NCBI GenBank assembly: GCA_041736155.1
Contig: JBGSUL010000035.1
Location: 2,100 to 66,099, forward strand
Length of the DNA stretch: 64,000 nt
DNA from: Bdellovibrionales bacterium
GTDB lineage: Bacteria > Bdellovibrionota > Bdellovibrionia > Bdellovibrionales > JAGQZY01
Direction of reading: 5' to 3'
Shown: positions 9,701 through 19,058 of the stretch, piece by piece
How positions within the stretch are numbered: position 1 is the first letter of the stretch
How the letters are laid out: every line of letters starts with the position of its first letter
Translations under genes and position numbers: made by a program
The notes under the pieces: model-generated
Seen by the model: only the letters and a program-made list of their open reading frames with translations
What the model was told of the DNA's origin: nothing
Database searches by the model: none

Positions 9701-10783
9701 TGGACAACGTAGATCGTAGTCATATTTCATCTTGCGAGGAGATACGACAAACGCTTTTTGTCCGGGAGCCACAGCCTTGATATTCACCATGGCTTTGTTC
9801 ATTTCTTCGAGTACATCGACGCCAATTTGACGATAATTGCGATAATCCTCTGGGAAACTATTCAAGCACACTTCTATGGGTTTTTGTAAATCCCAGTGGG
9901 CGGCATAGTTCACCTCGTTAAATCCATTGGGTTTATTTCCAAGGATATGAAGTATGTTCATATACTGAGTTGTGCTCTGTTGATTGTATCGCGTCTTTAC
10001 AAAACCAGGCGTTCCTTTGAATTCTAAAAAGTTAAAACGCATTTCGTGTTGATTGAGAGACCCAAACCAACTCGATAGCAACGTTCCGTTAAATGCTAAA
10101 AAATTCGCGTCTGGTTTGACTTCGACTTCGATTTCATAAACATCGGTCAGCATATTTCCGCCTGCGGCTTGTGCTACCGCATCAGCAAAGCTATCAGGCC
10201 CTGGAGATTTATTGCTGTAAAATCGAATTCCTTTTAAGTTGATGTCCATGATCGGACTCAACTCCCAATTTTTACGATCCATTACTTTTTTGTAAACGTT
10301 CAATTCACGCCCCTTAGAGTCCACATCTCGCTCGTAGAAGTAATGCGCGGTGATAGGTAGAGTGAAAATCAGCGGCCACAATTTGGTGTCGTTGGGATAA
10401 TCCTGATCGATTTCTCGAGCTTCGAGATTTGTGCCATCGTGACTGATCATAAATTTCATATTGCAGTGACGAGAGTCATACGGTGTCGCCGTCAATCCCA
10501 AAGCATTTTTCCAACGTCCCGCCTGTGAAACAGATGCCCAGCCACAGAGCCAGCGTTTATCGGCGATGGTGACTTCGTTCGTGGCTTGACTGATGTCGAT
10601 CCCAAAGAAAACCTTGCGGATGGAAAGCGTTCCGTTCTGTACGATGGACATTGTTCGTGGGTTTTCGAGACCAGGCGAAGGATTGAGCGCCTCGGGTGTC
10701 GTATAGGTACACGAGCTAAGGAAAACCCCAAGGAGAAGAAGGTGAAAATTCAATACTACATTACGACCTACAAACTTTTGCAT
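6776..10783 (-). CDS. Giant lipoprotein zinc metalloprotease (1335 aa), metzincin-type
   Basis: Signal peptide plus lipobox (..LLLLGVFLSSC, Cys25). HEWGHCVGLGH (HExxHxxGxxH) is encoded at 8810-8842, and SSIMDY (Met-turn-like) at about 8699-8713. Upstream segments (IEVCLNSFPEDYRNY..VLEEMNKAM, ITWVDDP..ADITTGEILWAG) resemble, from memory, the DUF5117/DUF4953 zinc-dependent metalloprotease family. Confidence 0.8.
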   Translation of the reverse strand: MQKFVGRNVVLNFHLLLLGVFLSSCTYTTPEALNPSPGLENPRTMSIVQNGTLSIRKVFFGIDISQATNEVTIADKRWLCGWASVSQAGRWKNALGLTATPYDSRHCNMKFMISHDGTNLEAREIDQDYPNDTKLWPLIFTLPITAHYFYERDVDSKGRELNVYKKVMDRKNWELSPIMDINLKGIRFYSNKSPGPDSFADAVAQAAGGNMLTDVYEIEVEVKPDANFLAFNGTLLSSWFGSLNQHEMRFNFLEFKGTPGFVKTRYNQQSTTQYMNILHILGNKPNGFNEVNYAAHWDLQKPIEVCLNSFPEDYRNYRQIGVDVLEEMNKAMVNIKAVAPGQKAFVVSPRKMKYDYDLRCPSITWVDDPALSMRAPLGIGLANADITTGEILWAGTIVWGGLIDYIVNRDSESVADAIIRNTESLFQGLDSVKHNPYYFDIKGQLNLAAWSPGFKSIQSHPSFAQLSDRSFFDNHINGAIQELQQRLAPPSRDRQDSEEDISARETELREAVDAFVASIVEVQASKDFVTFRDAYPGYVNTDLLEEFKTEILTEEDHIAKILNASRFGVDPVFSDGETEQRNFANTGIMGPQDNQRLADEFNSKMGIAYDMENRLENHYFAMQEATAGLNSIEKQEAAKSMIKNVMLHEWGHCVGLGHQFEGNRLPVRGTVPDSVYNYLAEEAKLMQNYSSIMDYQSGHTEVALPYDKVKMQAQDELTLTYLYKQQFATYIPGDEKFTFFEIYKDGTIPGKRTGDDGREYTTTYLPQCSDMDAWVGTSPYCQRWDRGYDAFTNVNEGFKEYTESFVSRMNSFTTATGGNSNWANYLLWVQTYSLMNKNRTFYDELRYQIATNEVYLDVFNRLKKDEKALLRFSRACVDPQEAPQGWDLDFARLTLEVTPGVARTTSRRGIQAASDAASLLQTYKNVVGSREILELDEQGFRDLENTLYEKGVAFTEVQKLCRATRKSLDVAKVLLSLKGPDHALMNYDDAILPTGLRGGNATYDYSRIFGRYDQLGLLYLKIAALDVFTNTSSTMEYGWWRIGKPRFSDPNTGKTGYYALYPEEFTDVMGTAIKTNMGFGGTILQDSATMSIANLYLSYFLRRTFQLSNDGQIRGFDSDYIEDLKGQTSFNVDIVAILLKAVPKNGEAQNKMFTFSPKLYNLAKRELIDLSDAYILRNRKVIIRGNENQLIMPLTKLRFLSQDSSYIWALEVTYDKTSYDDPLEGFTIKNAISSLTNQELEKCIGGVTGLASYFNASNPDFQGFQIDPNINVDGDAQINFEKSVDAAFDFYQTREGLIPAQNGCDASTKGIGLISSTALSLNGWILPQVYEYINK

Positions 10784-10877
10784 TCTTGATCCTTTGCGTT
10801 TGTTCTTGTCTTAAAACTTATTGAATTATCCGTAAGGTAGGACATTTGACTTGTGACTTTTGCCGAAGTTCCCAAGC

Positions 10878-10946
10878 TTCTAAAACACCCAATTCTTTAA
10901 AAAACCCATAACCCCAATTTTGTTCCAGGCTTCTTAAAAAACACCC
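10878..10946. promoter_or_regulatory. Three direct copies of TTCT(T)(T)AAAA(AA)(CA)CCC in the promoter region of the giant operon
   Basis: Read directly from the plus strand: cTTCTAAAACACCC (10878-10890), aTTCTTTAAAAAACCC (10892-10907), cTTCTTAAAAAACACCC (10930-10946). They lie 95-165 nt upstream of the 10783 start in a 355-nt intergenic region. Confidence 0.45.
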
Positions 10947-11065
10947 TATGACAACCCAACCTAGGTGCTAATATATAAGGCATTTTGCAAATTTTATTAA
11001 GACGTGATTTGAATTGATGAAATGATTATACGGTTGGTGCCTTTGTATTCACTCACCTTGCGTTA

Positions 11066-11098
11066 TAAAAATAAAAAAACGGCTCTATTCAAGAGCCG
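11066..11098 (-). terminator. Rho-independent terminator after the 156-aa gene
   Basis: The minus strand reads CGGCTCT-tgaat-AGAGCCG followed by TTTTTTTATTTTT. This is a perfect 7-bp GC-rich stem plus a U-run, 40 nt after the stop at 11139. Confidence 0.85.
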
Positions 11099-11138
11099 AT
11101 CTTGTTGAGAATAAAATCTGATTAGCTTAATGATTTCG

Positions 11139-11609
11139 CTATCTTGACATCTTATAGAAGACATCCTGATAAGCCACTTCACCTGTCTCGCTATGATCGT
11201 AGACTGTAATGCCTAAATATTGTTCACCTATCTCGATGGCATCTTTTGGCTTCTGAATACCAATGATCTCCACCACTTTTTGGTTCATTCCCTGCTCATC
11301 ATTCATAACAAAGAAGAGTTTTCGCGAGAAACTCGAACAAAGAATATCAATGTCTTTGCCCGTGGGCTTACCATTAAAAGGGCTGATCTCGGTGATGGTA
11401 ACCAGGTACGGACACGCTAAGTCATAGGTGGTTAGCTGCAACTTGATTTCAAAAGCTCTTTGCGGACTGTTGAGATTTTTGCTCACCCACAATCCCTGGA
11501 GGTCTTTGATAAATACCTCTCTCTGAATGACTTCTGGCCACGGAACTTCTGGTCCGGCAAAAATCATTGGCGCGGTCATGAACATGAATATGAATACGAA
11601 CGTTTTCAT
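11139..11609 (-). CDS. Small secreted protein (156 aa), unknown function
   Basis: Signal peptide MKTFVFIFMFMTAPMIFA/GPE. Its ATG overlaps the regulator stop (ATGA). Followed by a strong terminator. Confidence 0.7.
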   Translation of the reverse strand: MKTFVFIFMFMTAPMIFAGPEVPWPEVIQREVFIKDLQGLWVSKNLNSPQRAFEIKLQLTTYDLACPYLVTITEISPFNGKPTGKDIDILCSSFSRKLFFVMNDEQGMNQKVVEIIGIQKPKDAIEIGEQYLGITVYDHSETGEVAYQDVFYKMSR

Positions 11610-12724
11610 TGCTGCTCCCTGGTTTGCTCTTCGACGACGACACTCGACTCTTTATTAAAATAATAACCGTTTTTAGATCTGAAAATATATTTGGGTTTTT
11701 CGATATCTGGCTCGATCAATTGACGTAAACGTTTGATCGTCACATAGATTTTATTGTCATGAACTTCTGGGTTGTAAGTTTGTTTCCAGATTTGTTTTAC
11801 CAACTGTTCTTTACTAAAAGATTGGCCAGGATTGGTCAAAAATAACTTGAGCAAATCAATAAGAATAAACTGATTATTAAAATCAATCCGCCCTTTGCCT
11901 TTTTCAAAAACAGAATGGTCAGAACTATTAAAAATAATATCGTAGCGATGCTCTTGCGAACTCCCGATCGATTCGGCCAACACTTCGACAAAACTGTAAA
12001 GTCGGCGCAGATTCTTTTTATCAATCGATTGTTGTACAAGCTTGATATATTTTCGCGCTTCTTCCAGCTGTCCGGCCTCTTTGTAAGTTAACGCCATTCC
12101 ATAGAGGAGTGATTGCGAAATGTGAAAGTTTTTTTGTTCTTTGAGTGTGGCGTACCCTTGCCAAAGAATATCAATGGCCTCTTCAAATTTGCGTAATTTA
12201 CGCATGATGTGGGCCTTTAAAAGATGCATCGACACACGTACTTCGGGCATGGGCATGACATTCATGAAGACCTGAAGATTGTAGATTTCTTTGAGCGCAT
12301 CTTCGAGACGGTCTTGCGAGTAATAAGAAACAGCCAAGCCAAAGATCGCAAAACACACAGTCTCTTTGTTGTCTTGCGCGAGAGAATGTGTGAGCGCTTT
12401 TTGGCAATATTCAATGGCGCGGTCGTGTTCGTTTTTATAAGACGAACAGAGTGCGAGGACGTAGTAGGTCTTGCCATTGACGGGCACACCCTCTTTGCTC
12501 ACGCGTTCTAAAAGTAAATTTTTATAGAATTCAATTTTATCAAATTCGAGGAGTTCAGCATAACAACGGAACAGTAAATGAACGACTTCTAAAAATTGCT
12601 CATCATGCTCTTGAGAAAGTAATTCGGCAGCAGCGGGCACAAGCAAGTCCACGGCTTTTAATACATCACCGCGTTCATAATACAGACGACCAATCTCTAA
12701 AGGTGCGATTGATTTCGACTCCAT
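11606..12724 (-). CDS. Transcriptional regulator: N-terminal TPR-like repeats plus C-terminal OmpR/PhoB-type winged helix, no receiver domain
   Basis: The C-terminus LTNPGQSFSKEQLVKQIWKQTYNPEVHDNKIYVTIKRLRQLIEP..YIFRSKNGYYF matches the Trans_reg_C pattern. The N-terminal roughly 250 aa are helical repeats. I prefer the ATG at 12724 (GAGGGGGAAA just upstream) over the track's TTG at 12736. Confidence 0.75.
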   Translation of the reverse strand: MESKSIAPLEIGRLYYERGDVLKAVDLLVPAAAELLSQEHDEQFLEVVHLLFRCYAELLEFDKIEFYKNLLLERVSKEGVPVNGKTYYVLALCSSYKNEHDRAIEYCQKALTHSLAQDNKETVCFAIFGLAVSYYSQDRLEDALKEIYNLQVFMNVMPMPEVRVSMHLLKAHIMRKLRKFEEAIDILWQGYATLKEQKNFHISQSLLYGMALTYKEAGQLEEARKYIKLVQQSIDKKNLRRLYSFVEVLAESIGSSQEHRYDIIFNSSDHSVFEKGKGRIDFNNQFILIDLLKLFLTNPGQSFSKEQLVKQIWKQTYNPEVHDNKIYVTIKRLRQLIEPDIEKPKYIFRSKNGYYFNKESSVVVEEQTREQQ

Positions 12725-12891
12725 TTTCCCCCTCAAGCAAACTCAATTTTGCCTTCCCAAAGCCGCGTTTGGAGGGAACAGTTTATCGCGAGATTTTGGA
12801 TTTACAAGGGGGTTGCTGGGAGAATTTTAAATTTTTTTCAAAGTTCGACGCACCATCTCCCCGCCCAGGCAGGCGGAGAGCGGCTTTGCGG

Positions 12892-15351
12892 TTAATGATA
12901 CGAATGGCCCGTGTATTGAGCTTTAAGCCCTAAATTCGTATCGCGAGTGGACTTAAACAAGTCTTTCGCGTTACGGATATCCAGAGCGTGCACCAACACC
13001 TGATCCACGTGATCCACCAGAACGATTTTAAGATCTTTTACAACTTCCTCAGGAATATCGCGGAGATCCTTTTCGTTCTCTTTCGGTAGGATGACAGTAC
13101 GGATTCCTCCTCGGTAAGCGGAAAGGATCTTTTCTTTGACCCCGCCGATCCCAAGAACGCGCCCACGGAGAGTGATCTCTCCCGTCATCGCCACCGTACG
13201 CAGAACTGGTGTCTTCGTCACGGCGGACACAATGCTCGTCGTGATGGCACAACCGGCAGATGGACCATCTTTCGGGATGGCACCTTCTGGAACGTGAATG
13301 TGGACGTCGATATTGAAGAAGAACTCTTTATCCAAACCAAACAATGGGCCGCGAGAACGCACATAGCTCATCGCTGCGGAACAAGATTCCTTCATTACAT
13401 CACCCAATTGGCCAGTAACGGTAAATTTGCCTTTACCAGGAACCACCGTCACCTCTATAGGCAGAAGATCTCCACCCACTTCGGTATAGGCCATCCCATT
13501 TGTCAGGCCGATTTCATTGGCTTCTTCAATTTTACCATGTCGGTACTTATGAGGTCCCAACATGTCGGTGAGTTTCTTCGCCGTAATAGTGTAAGTCTTT
13601 TTGATGCCCGCTTTGCTGACTTGTGAGCGTGTCGGTTTTTTTGCATTGCTCTTCATGTGGCGCTCAATCTCTTCTTCGCGCACAATTTCTTTGGCAATCT
13701 TACGACACACATTTGCTAATTGTCTTTCCAAGTTTCTCACACCCGCTTCGCGTGTGTAGTACTGGATGATGTCTTTGATCACACCATCAGCCAGTTGAAT
13801 TTTGTAATCGGACAAACCGTGCTGCTGTAATTGCTTCGGAAGTAAGTACTTCTTCGCAATATGCAATTTTTCGCTGTCGATGTAGCCTTCGATGGAAATA
13901 ACTTCCATGCGATCTAACAACGGACGCGGAATCGAGTGCAGTGAGTTTGCCGTAGTAAAAAACATCACTTTGGAAAGATCATATTCCACTTCCAAATAGT
14001 GATCTTGGAAGGTGGCATTTTGCTCAGGATCAAGAACCTCAAGCATGGCTGCCGACGGATCCCCTCTGAAGTCGTTGCTCATCTTATCGATTTCATCGAG
14101 AAGAATCAGCGGGTTGCCGAACTCCACTTTGCGAAGGGATTGAATAATTTTGCCAGGCATCGCTCCTACGTAAGTCTTACGGTGACCACGAATCTCGGCT
14201 TCATCACGCACGCCCCCGAGGGAAATACGCGTAAAGCTGCGGTTCAAGGATTTTGCCACAGACTTCGCCAGTGATGTTTTACCAACCCCTGGAGGTCCGA
14301 CGAGGCACAAGATAGGCCCCTTGACCTCACTGCTGAGACAATGCACGGCAATGTGTTCGAGGATGCGTTCTTTGACTTTTTCCAATCCCCAATGATCTTC
14401 ATTAAGAATGTTTTCAGCAAATTCCAGGTCTTTTTTCTCTTCCGAATAATTAAACCATGGCAAAGTGAGGAGCCAGTCGATGTAGTTGCGCACAACGGCC
14501 GCTTCGGCACTCATCGGCGACATCATCTTTAATTTTTTCAACTCTTTGAAGACCTTTTCTTTGGCCTCTTTGCTCATCTTCTTCTCGCGAGCTTTTTCTT
14601 CCAGTTCCATCAACTCAGCTTGGTAATCATCTTTTTCACCCAGCTCTTTTTGAATCGCCTGCATTTGCTCGTTGAGATAGTATTCTTTTTGCGACTTCTC
14701 CATCTGCTTTTTCACGCGACCGCGGATCTTCTTCTCGACTTCGAGAATTTCGATTTCGCTGGTCATCATGTTCAGTAGCTCTTCGAGACGTGTTGACGTA
14801 TTAATTTGCTCTAAAAGTTTTTGTTTATCCTCGAGCTTTAGGTTGAGCTGAGCGACAATAATATCCGCTAGTTCACCCGCTGTTTCAATACTCGAAACGC
14901 GCATCAGGATTTCTGGTGGGATGCGTTTGTTGAGTTTTACATACTTCTCAAACGTCATTTTAACCGAGCGTATGAGAGCCTTGAGCTCCACTTCGTCGCC
15001 AAGATCTTCGTCAAAGACTTTGACTTTGACCTTAAAAAATTTGTCGTTGTCGGTGAAGCTTTCGATTTTTACGCGCTTTTTGCCCTCGATGAGCACTTTC
15101 ACCGTGCCATCTGGTAAACGCAAAAGCTGTATGATCGTCCCCAACGTACCAATTTGGTAAACTTCATCGGGATTAGGATTGTTGGTCTTCGCATCTTTCT
15201 GCGCAGCTAAAACAATGTCCACTTGTTTGGACATGGCCTCTTCGAGAGCATTAATGCTCTTTTCGCGGCCCACAAACAACGGCATCATCATGTGCGGGAA
15301 AATAATCAGATCTCTCAGCGGCAGTAACGGTAATTCAAGCATTTCAGCCAT
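12892..15351 (-). CDS. lon: ATP-dependent Lon protease
   Basis: 819 aa. Has a LON N-terminal domain, Walker [14 protein letters not shown] and the catalytic-Ser region [26 protein letters not shown] precedes the ATG. Confidence 0.97.
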   Translation of the reverse strand: MAEMLELPLLPLRDLIIFPHMMMPLFVGREKSINALEEAMSKQVDIVLAAQKDAKTNNPNPDEVYQIGTLGTIIQLLRLPDGTVKVLIEGKKRVKIESFTDNDKFFKVKVKVFDEDLGDEVELKALIRSVKMTFEKYVKLNKRIPPEILMRVSSIETAGELADIIVAQLNLKLEDKQKLLEQINTSTRLEELLNMMTSEIEILEVEKKIRGRVKKQMEKSQKEYYLNEQMQAIQKELGEKDDYQAELMELEEKAREKKMSKEAKEKVFKELKKLKMMSPMSAEAAVVRNYIDWLLTLPWFNYSEEKKDLEFAENILNEDHWGLEKVKERILEHIAVHCLSSEVKGPILCLVGPPGVGKTSLAKSVAKSLNRSFTRISLGGVRDEAEIRGHRKTYVGAMPGKIIQSLRKVEFGNPLILLDEIDKMSNDFRGDPSAAMLEVLDPEQNATFQDHYLEVEYDLSKVMFFTTANSLHSIPRPLLDRMEVISIEGYIDSEKLHIAKKYLLPKQLQQHGLSDYKIQLADGVIKDIIQYYTREAGVRNLERQLANVCRKIAKEIVREEEIERHMKSNAKKPTRSQVSKAGIKKTYTITAKKLTDMLGPHKYRHGKIEEANEIGLTNGMAYTEVGGDLLPIEVTVVPGKGKFTVTGQLGDVMKESCSAAMSYVRSRGPLFGLDKEFFFNIDVHIHVPEGAIPKDGPSAGCAITTSIVSAVTKTPVLRTVAMTGEITLRGRVLGIGGVKEKILSAYRGGIRTVILPKENEKDLRDIPEEVVKDLKIVLVDHVDQVLVHALDIRNAKDLFKSTRDTNLGLKAQYTGHSYH

Positions 15352-15406
15352 CCTTCCCCCTTGTTGTTAAGACAATTTGGAGGAAGATTTCGGTTAGCTT
15401 AAAATC

Positions 15407-16702
15407 CTAGGCACTCTCAGCGCCAGAGGACTTCGCTTTCTGAACTTCTTCCTCGGTTCTATGCACCAAGACGGGATCTGCTTTCTTGCTGATCACGTCT
15501 TCATTTATTGTACATTCCTTCACGTTCTCCATGGAAGGAATTTCATACATGATGTCCAGCATTGCAGTTTCAATCACACCGCGAAGTCCACGCGCCCCAG
15601 TTTTTCTATCCAAGGCTTGCTTGGCAATCGCCTTGAGAGCGGGATCCGTGAACTTAAGGTCTACATTTTCATAAGAAAAGAGCTTTTGGTATTGCTTTAT
15701 CAACGCGTTTTTTGGTTTGACGAGAATCTCGATCAGTGCATTCTCATCCAGCTCCTCAAGAATGGCCACAACCGGAAGTCGCCCGATGAATTCTGGGATC
15801 AATCCGAACTTCGCCAAATCGTCTGGTTCTAATTTTTTCAAGGCGCTCGATAGCCCCATGTGATCTTTTTCTTTTTGGGTTTTGATATCTGCACCAATAC
15901 CCAGAGTTTTTTGGGTCACGCGATTTTCAACGATTTTATCTAGACCAACAAACGCACCACCACAGATAAAGAGGATGTTGGTTGTGTCGACCTGAATAAA
16001 CTCCTGCTGCGGATGCTTTCTTCCCCCTTTAGGCGGAAGATTGGCGACCGTGCCTTCGAGAATTTTTAAAAGAGCTTGCTGAACACCCTCTCCGCTCACA
16101 TCTCGTGTGATCGAAGGGTTCTCTGATTTGCGGGAAATCTTATCGATTTCATCGATATAAATGACCCCACGTTGCGCTTTTTCAATGTCGTAATCGGCAG
16201 ATTGTAAAAGATTGAGAACCACGTTCTCCACATCTTCACCCACGTAGCCGGCTTCTGTTAATGCTGTGGCATCGGCCATCGCAAAAGGCACGTTCAGGAT
16301 TTTTGCAATTGTTTGCGCTAAGTATGTTTTCCCCGACCCGGTGGGGCCGATCAGGAGAATGTTACTCTTCGCAATTTCGATATCTTCTTTTTTGCGTGAT
16401 TTACTGAGGTTATTAATACGCTTGTAGTGGTTATGTACCGCTACCGAGAGCGCTTTTTTCGCTGTGTTTTGGCCAATGACGTATTCATCCAAGAAGGCTT
16501 TGATCTCAGAAGGTTTTGGAACCTTAAACTGATGCGATTGTTTTTCTTCGCGCCCTTTTTCTTCTTCGATAATATCCGTACAAAGATCAATACATTCATC
16601 ACAAATGTAAACGCCAGGCCCCGCGATCAATTTTTTGACCTCGTTCTGGTTTTTACCACAGAAACTACATCTTAAAAGGCTCGCGCCCTCGCGTCGGCTC
16701 AT
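15407..16702 (-). CDS. clpX: ATP-dependent Clp protease ATP-binding subunit ClpX
   Basis: Zinc-finger [14 protein letters not shown], Walker [13 protein letters not shown]. 4-nt overlap with clpP. Confidence 0.97.
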   Translation of the reverse strand: MSRREGASLLRCSFCGKNQNEVKKLIAGPGVYICDECIDLCTDIIEEEKGREEKQSHQFKVPKPSEIKAFLDEYVIGQNTAKKALSVAVHNHYKRINNLSKSRKKEDIEIAKSNILLIGPTGSGKTYLAQTIAKILNVPFAMADATALTEAGYVGEDVENVVLNLLQSADYDIEKAQRGVIYIDEIDKISRKSENPSITRDVSGEGVQQALLKILEGTVANLPPKGGRKHPQQEFIQVDTTNILFICGGAFVGLDKIVENRVTQKTLGIGADIKTQKEKDHMGLSSALKKLEPDDLAKFGLIPEFIGRLPVVAILEELDENALIEILVKPKNALIKQYQKLFSYENVDLKFTDPALKAIAKQALDRKTGARGLRGVIETAMLDIMYEIPSMENVKECTINEDVISKKADPVLVHRTEEEVQKAKSSGAESA

Positions 16703-17334
16703 TGCTTATTTTCCTTTTTAGAGGATTTACGTGAAGCCACAATCGTATCAACAAGACCAAATGCTTTGGCCTCTTCTGCTGTCATATAATTATCTCGATC
16801 CATAGCGCGATCAAGAACATCATAATGTTGCTTTGTGTGGTGTTCATAAATTTCAGTCAAAGTTCTCTTCGTTCTCAGCAACTCACGGGCGTGAATTTCG
16901 ATATCACTCACTTGGCCACCAAGACCACCGCCGCTAATCAGAGGTTGATGAATCATTACGCGCGCATGCGGTAAGCAATAACGCTTGCCGGGGGCGCCCG
17001 CCGTTAGCAAAAGCGAACCCATGCTGGCCGCCATCCCAATGCAGGTTGTTGCCACATCGCATTTTACGAACTGCATAATGTCGTAGATACCCATGCCCGA
17101 CGTCACAACGCCGCCAGGTGAATTGATATAGAGTTGAATGTCTTTTTCTGGGTTATCCGCCTCAAGAAAAAGCATTTGCGCGATCACATTGTTGGCAACG
17201 GCATCATTAATGGCTGTACCCAAGATGATAATGCGATCCTTTAGCAGCCGAGAATAGATGTCATAACTTCTTTCGCCGCGTGAGGTTTGCTCAATGACTA
17301 TTGGAACTAGTGTATTCATAATTTCGTTGCTCAT
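16699..17334 (-). CDS. clpP: ATP-dependent Clp protease proteolytic subunit ClpP
   Basis: 211 aa. Has the GMAASMGS catalytic-Ser motif and the MIHQP His motif. Confidence 0.97.
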   Translation of the reverse strand: MSNEIMNTLVPIVIEQTSRGERSYDIYSRLLKDRIIILGTAINDAVANNVIAQMLFLEADNPEKDIQLYINSPGGVVTSGMGIYDIMQFVKCDVATTCIGMAASMGSLLLTAGAPGKRYCLPHARVMIHQPLISGGGLGGQVSDIEIHARELLRTKRTLTEIYEHHTKQHYDVLDRAMDRDNYMTAEEAKAFGLVDTIVASRKSSKKENKQ

Positions 17335-17549
17335 AGAACTCCCGGTGTAAATATGTGCTTTTTCTTCCTATGACAAGGTCTCTTCGGGAAAATCTCTTGT
17401 AATATAAAGCCTAAAAAACCCTCTTCTCACTCAAATAGGACTATGGTACTGTTTTGGACCTTCGTCGTACTGACAATACAAACTTTAACGACGATCTTGG
17501 GACTATCTTTGTAAGAATCATCCCAATGAGACAACCATGGAGATTATAT

Positions 17550-19037
17550 ATGAAATTAAACGTCGCTGCGTCATCCGGAAATTCAACTGCTGATGTTGTC
17601 ATTGTTTTTTGTGGACAAAAAACCGTGAAAGAGAAAACACAGACTTTGGTCTTAAGCCCAAAAGCTCCTACCCATTTTGGCGATTTGCTCAAATCTCTTC
17701 CAGAAGAGCGCTTTAAGGGGGGCGAAGGCGAAATCGCCTTTTTACGTCAGACTAAAACTCCCCACACCCTCTTTGTGGGCTTAGGTGAAACTAAAAAGTG
17801 GAATGCGGAAAATGCACGTCGCTGGAGTGCTCCTCTGTTCAGTTGTTTGAAGAGCGAAAAGTTGCGCTCGGCCCGCGTTCTTGCGCCGTCTGGTCTTTCT
17901 GCCGAAGAAGCTGTCATCGGGTTTACTGAGGGCTTTTTAATTGCGAATTACCAATTTACCGCCTTCAAAGAAGAACAAAAAAACAAATTCTCTGTGGAAA
18001 ACATTGAGATTGCTGTGGAAAAGTTTTCAGCGCCGCTGAAAAAAACCATGGAAGAAAGCGAATCTGTGGCGTGGGCCGTGAACTTCGCTCGCTACCTGGG
18101 AGATTGCCCCGGAAACTTTATGACACCGACACAACTCGGCAAAGAAGCAGAGAGTTTAGCTAAGGGCACAAACCTTAAAGTTCAAGTTTGGGATAAAAAA
18201 CGGATCGAAAAAGAAAAAATGGAATCTTTCCTCGGTGTCTCTTACGGTAGCGATCAGGAACCTAAATTTATCTGCATGGAATACAAAGGCGGCTCCGCAA
18301 AACAAAAACCAATTTGTTTTGTCGGTAAAGGTCTCACTTTTGATAGTGGCGGAATTTCCCTCAAGCCCGGTGCCGGGATGGAAGAAATGAAATTTGATAT
18401 GTGCGGAGGCGCGGCCGTGATTGCCACAATGGGTGCCATTGCAAAAATGAAACTTAAAGTGAACGCCATCGCTTTTGTTCCAACTACCGAAAATATGCCT
18501 GGTCCTTCTGCCAACAAACCTGGTGATATTCGTAAAGCGCGCAACGGGAAAACCATCGAGGTGAACAACACCGATGCCGAAGGTCGCTTGATTTTGGCCG
18601 ACGCTCTTGTCTATGCCAGCGAGCAAAAACCGGCGATGATTCTCGATGCCGCCACCCTCACCGGCGCCATGATGATTGCCTTAGGTAATACCCACACTGG
18701 ATTTTTCACTCGCGATGCAAAACTTCGCAAAACAGTGGAAGAATGTGCCGAGTCCTGTGGCGAACGAGTCTGGGCAATGCCGCTGATTGATGATCATGGC
18801 AAAGACATGAAGGGCTATTATGCTGATTTGACCAACTTAGCTCCATCGCGCAATGCGGGCAGTTCTACAGCTGCGGCCTTTTTAGAATCCTTTGTTGATA
18901 AAGAGATTCCATGGGCCCACTTTGATATCGCTGGCACCGCATGGAATGTGAGTGGGCGCCTCCCCTACATCACAACGAAAGGTGCTTCGGGCGCTATTGT
19001 TCGCACCTTTATTGAGATGGCCCGCAACCATAAATGA
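17550..19037 (+). CDS. pepA: Leucyl aminopeptidase (M17)
   Basis: NTDAEGRL signature and VGKGLTFDSGG. I chose the ATG at 17550 (GGAG 7 nt upstream) instead of the track start at 17454, whose extension overlaps the divergent promoter region. Confidence 0.93.
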   Translation: MKLNVAASSGNSTADVVIVFCGQKTVKEKTQTLVLSPKAPTHFGDLLKSLPEERFKGGEGEIAFLRQTKTPHTLFVGLGETKKWNAENARRWSAPLFSCLKSEKLRSARVLAPSGLSAEEAVIGFTEGFLIANYQFTAFKEEQKNKFSVENIEIAVEKFSAPLKKTMEESESVAWAVNFARYLGDCPGNFMTPTQLGKEAESLAKGTNLKVQVWDKKRIEKEKMESFLGVSYGSDQEPKFICMEYKGGSAKQKPICFVGKGLTFDSGGISLKPGAGMEEMKFDMCGGAAVIATMGAIAKMKLKVNAIAFVPTTENMPGPSANKPGDIRKARNGKTIEVNNTDAEGRLILADALVYASEQKPAMILDAATLTGAMMIALGNTHTGFFTRDAKLRKTVEECAESCGERVWAMPLIDDHGKDMKGYYADLTNLAPSRNAGSSTAAAFLESFVDKEIPWAHFDIAGTAWNVSGRLPYITTKGASGAIVRTFIEMARNHK

Positions 19038-19058
19038 GTTACGACAAATAAGTTGCAG

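Noticed and set aside
12855-12885. GC-rich imperfect palindrome (..CTCCCCGCCCAGGCAGGCGGAGAG..) after lon as a terminator
   Set aside because: The stem is imperfect and no U-run follows on the minus strand. It may be a weak structure, but I cannot support a terminator call.
17454-17549. Upstream extension of pepA in the ORF track (527 aa)
   Set aside because: The extension has no similarity to M17 N-termini and covers the divergent clpP/pepA promoter region. The ATG at 17550 has a GGAG RBS.
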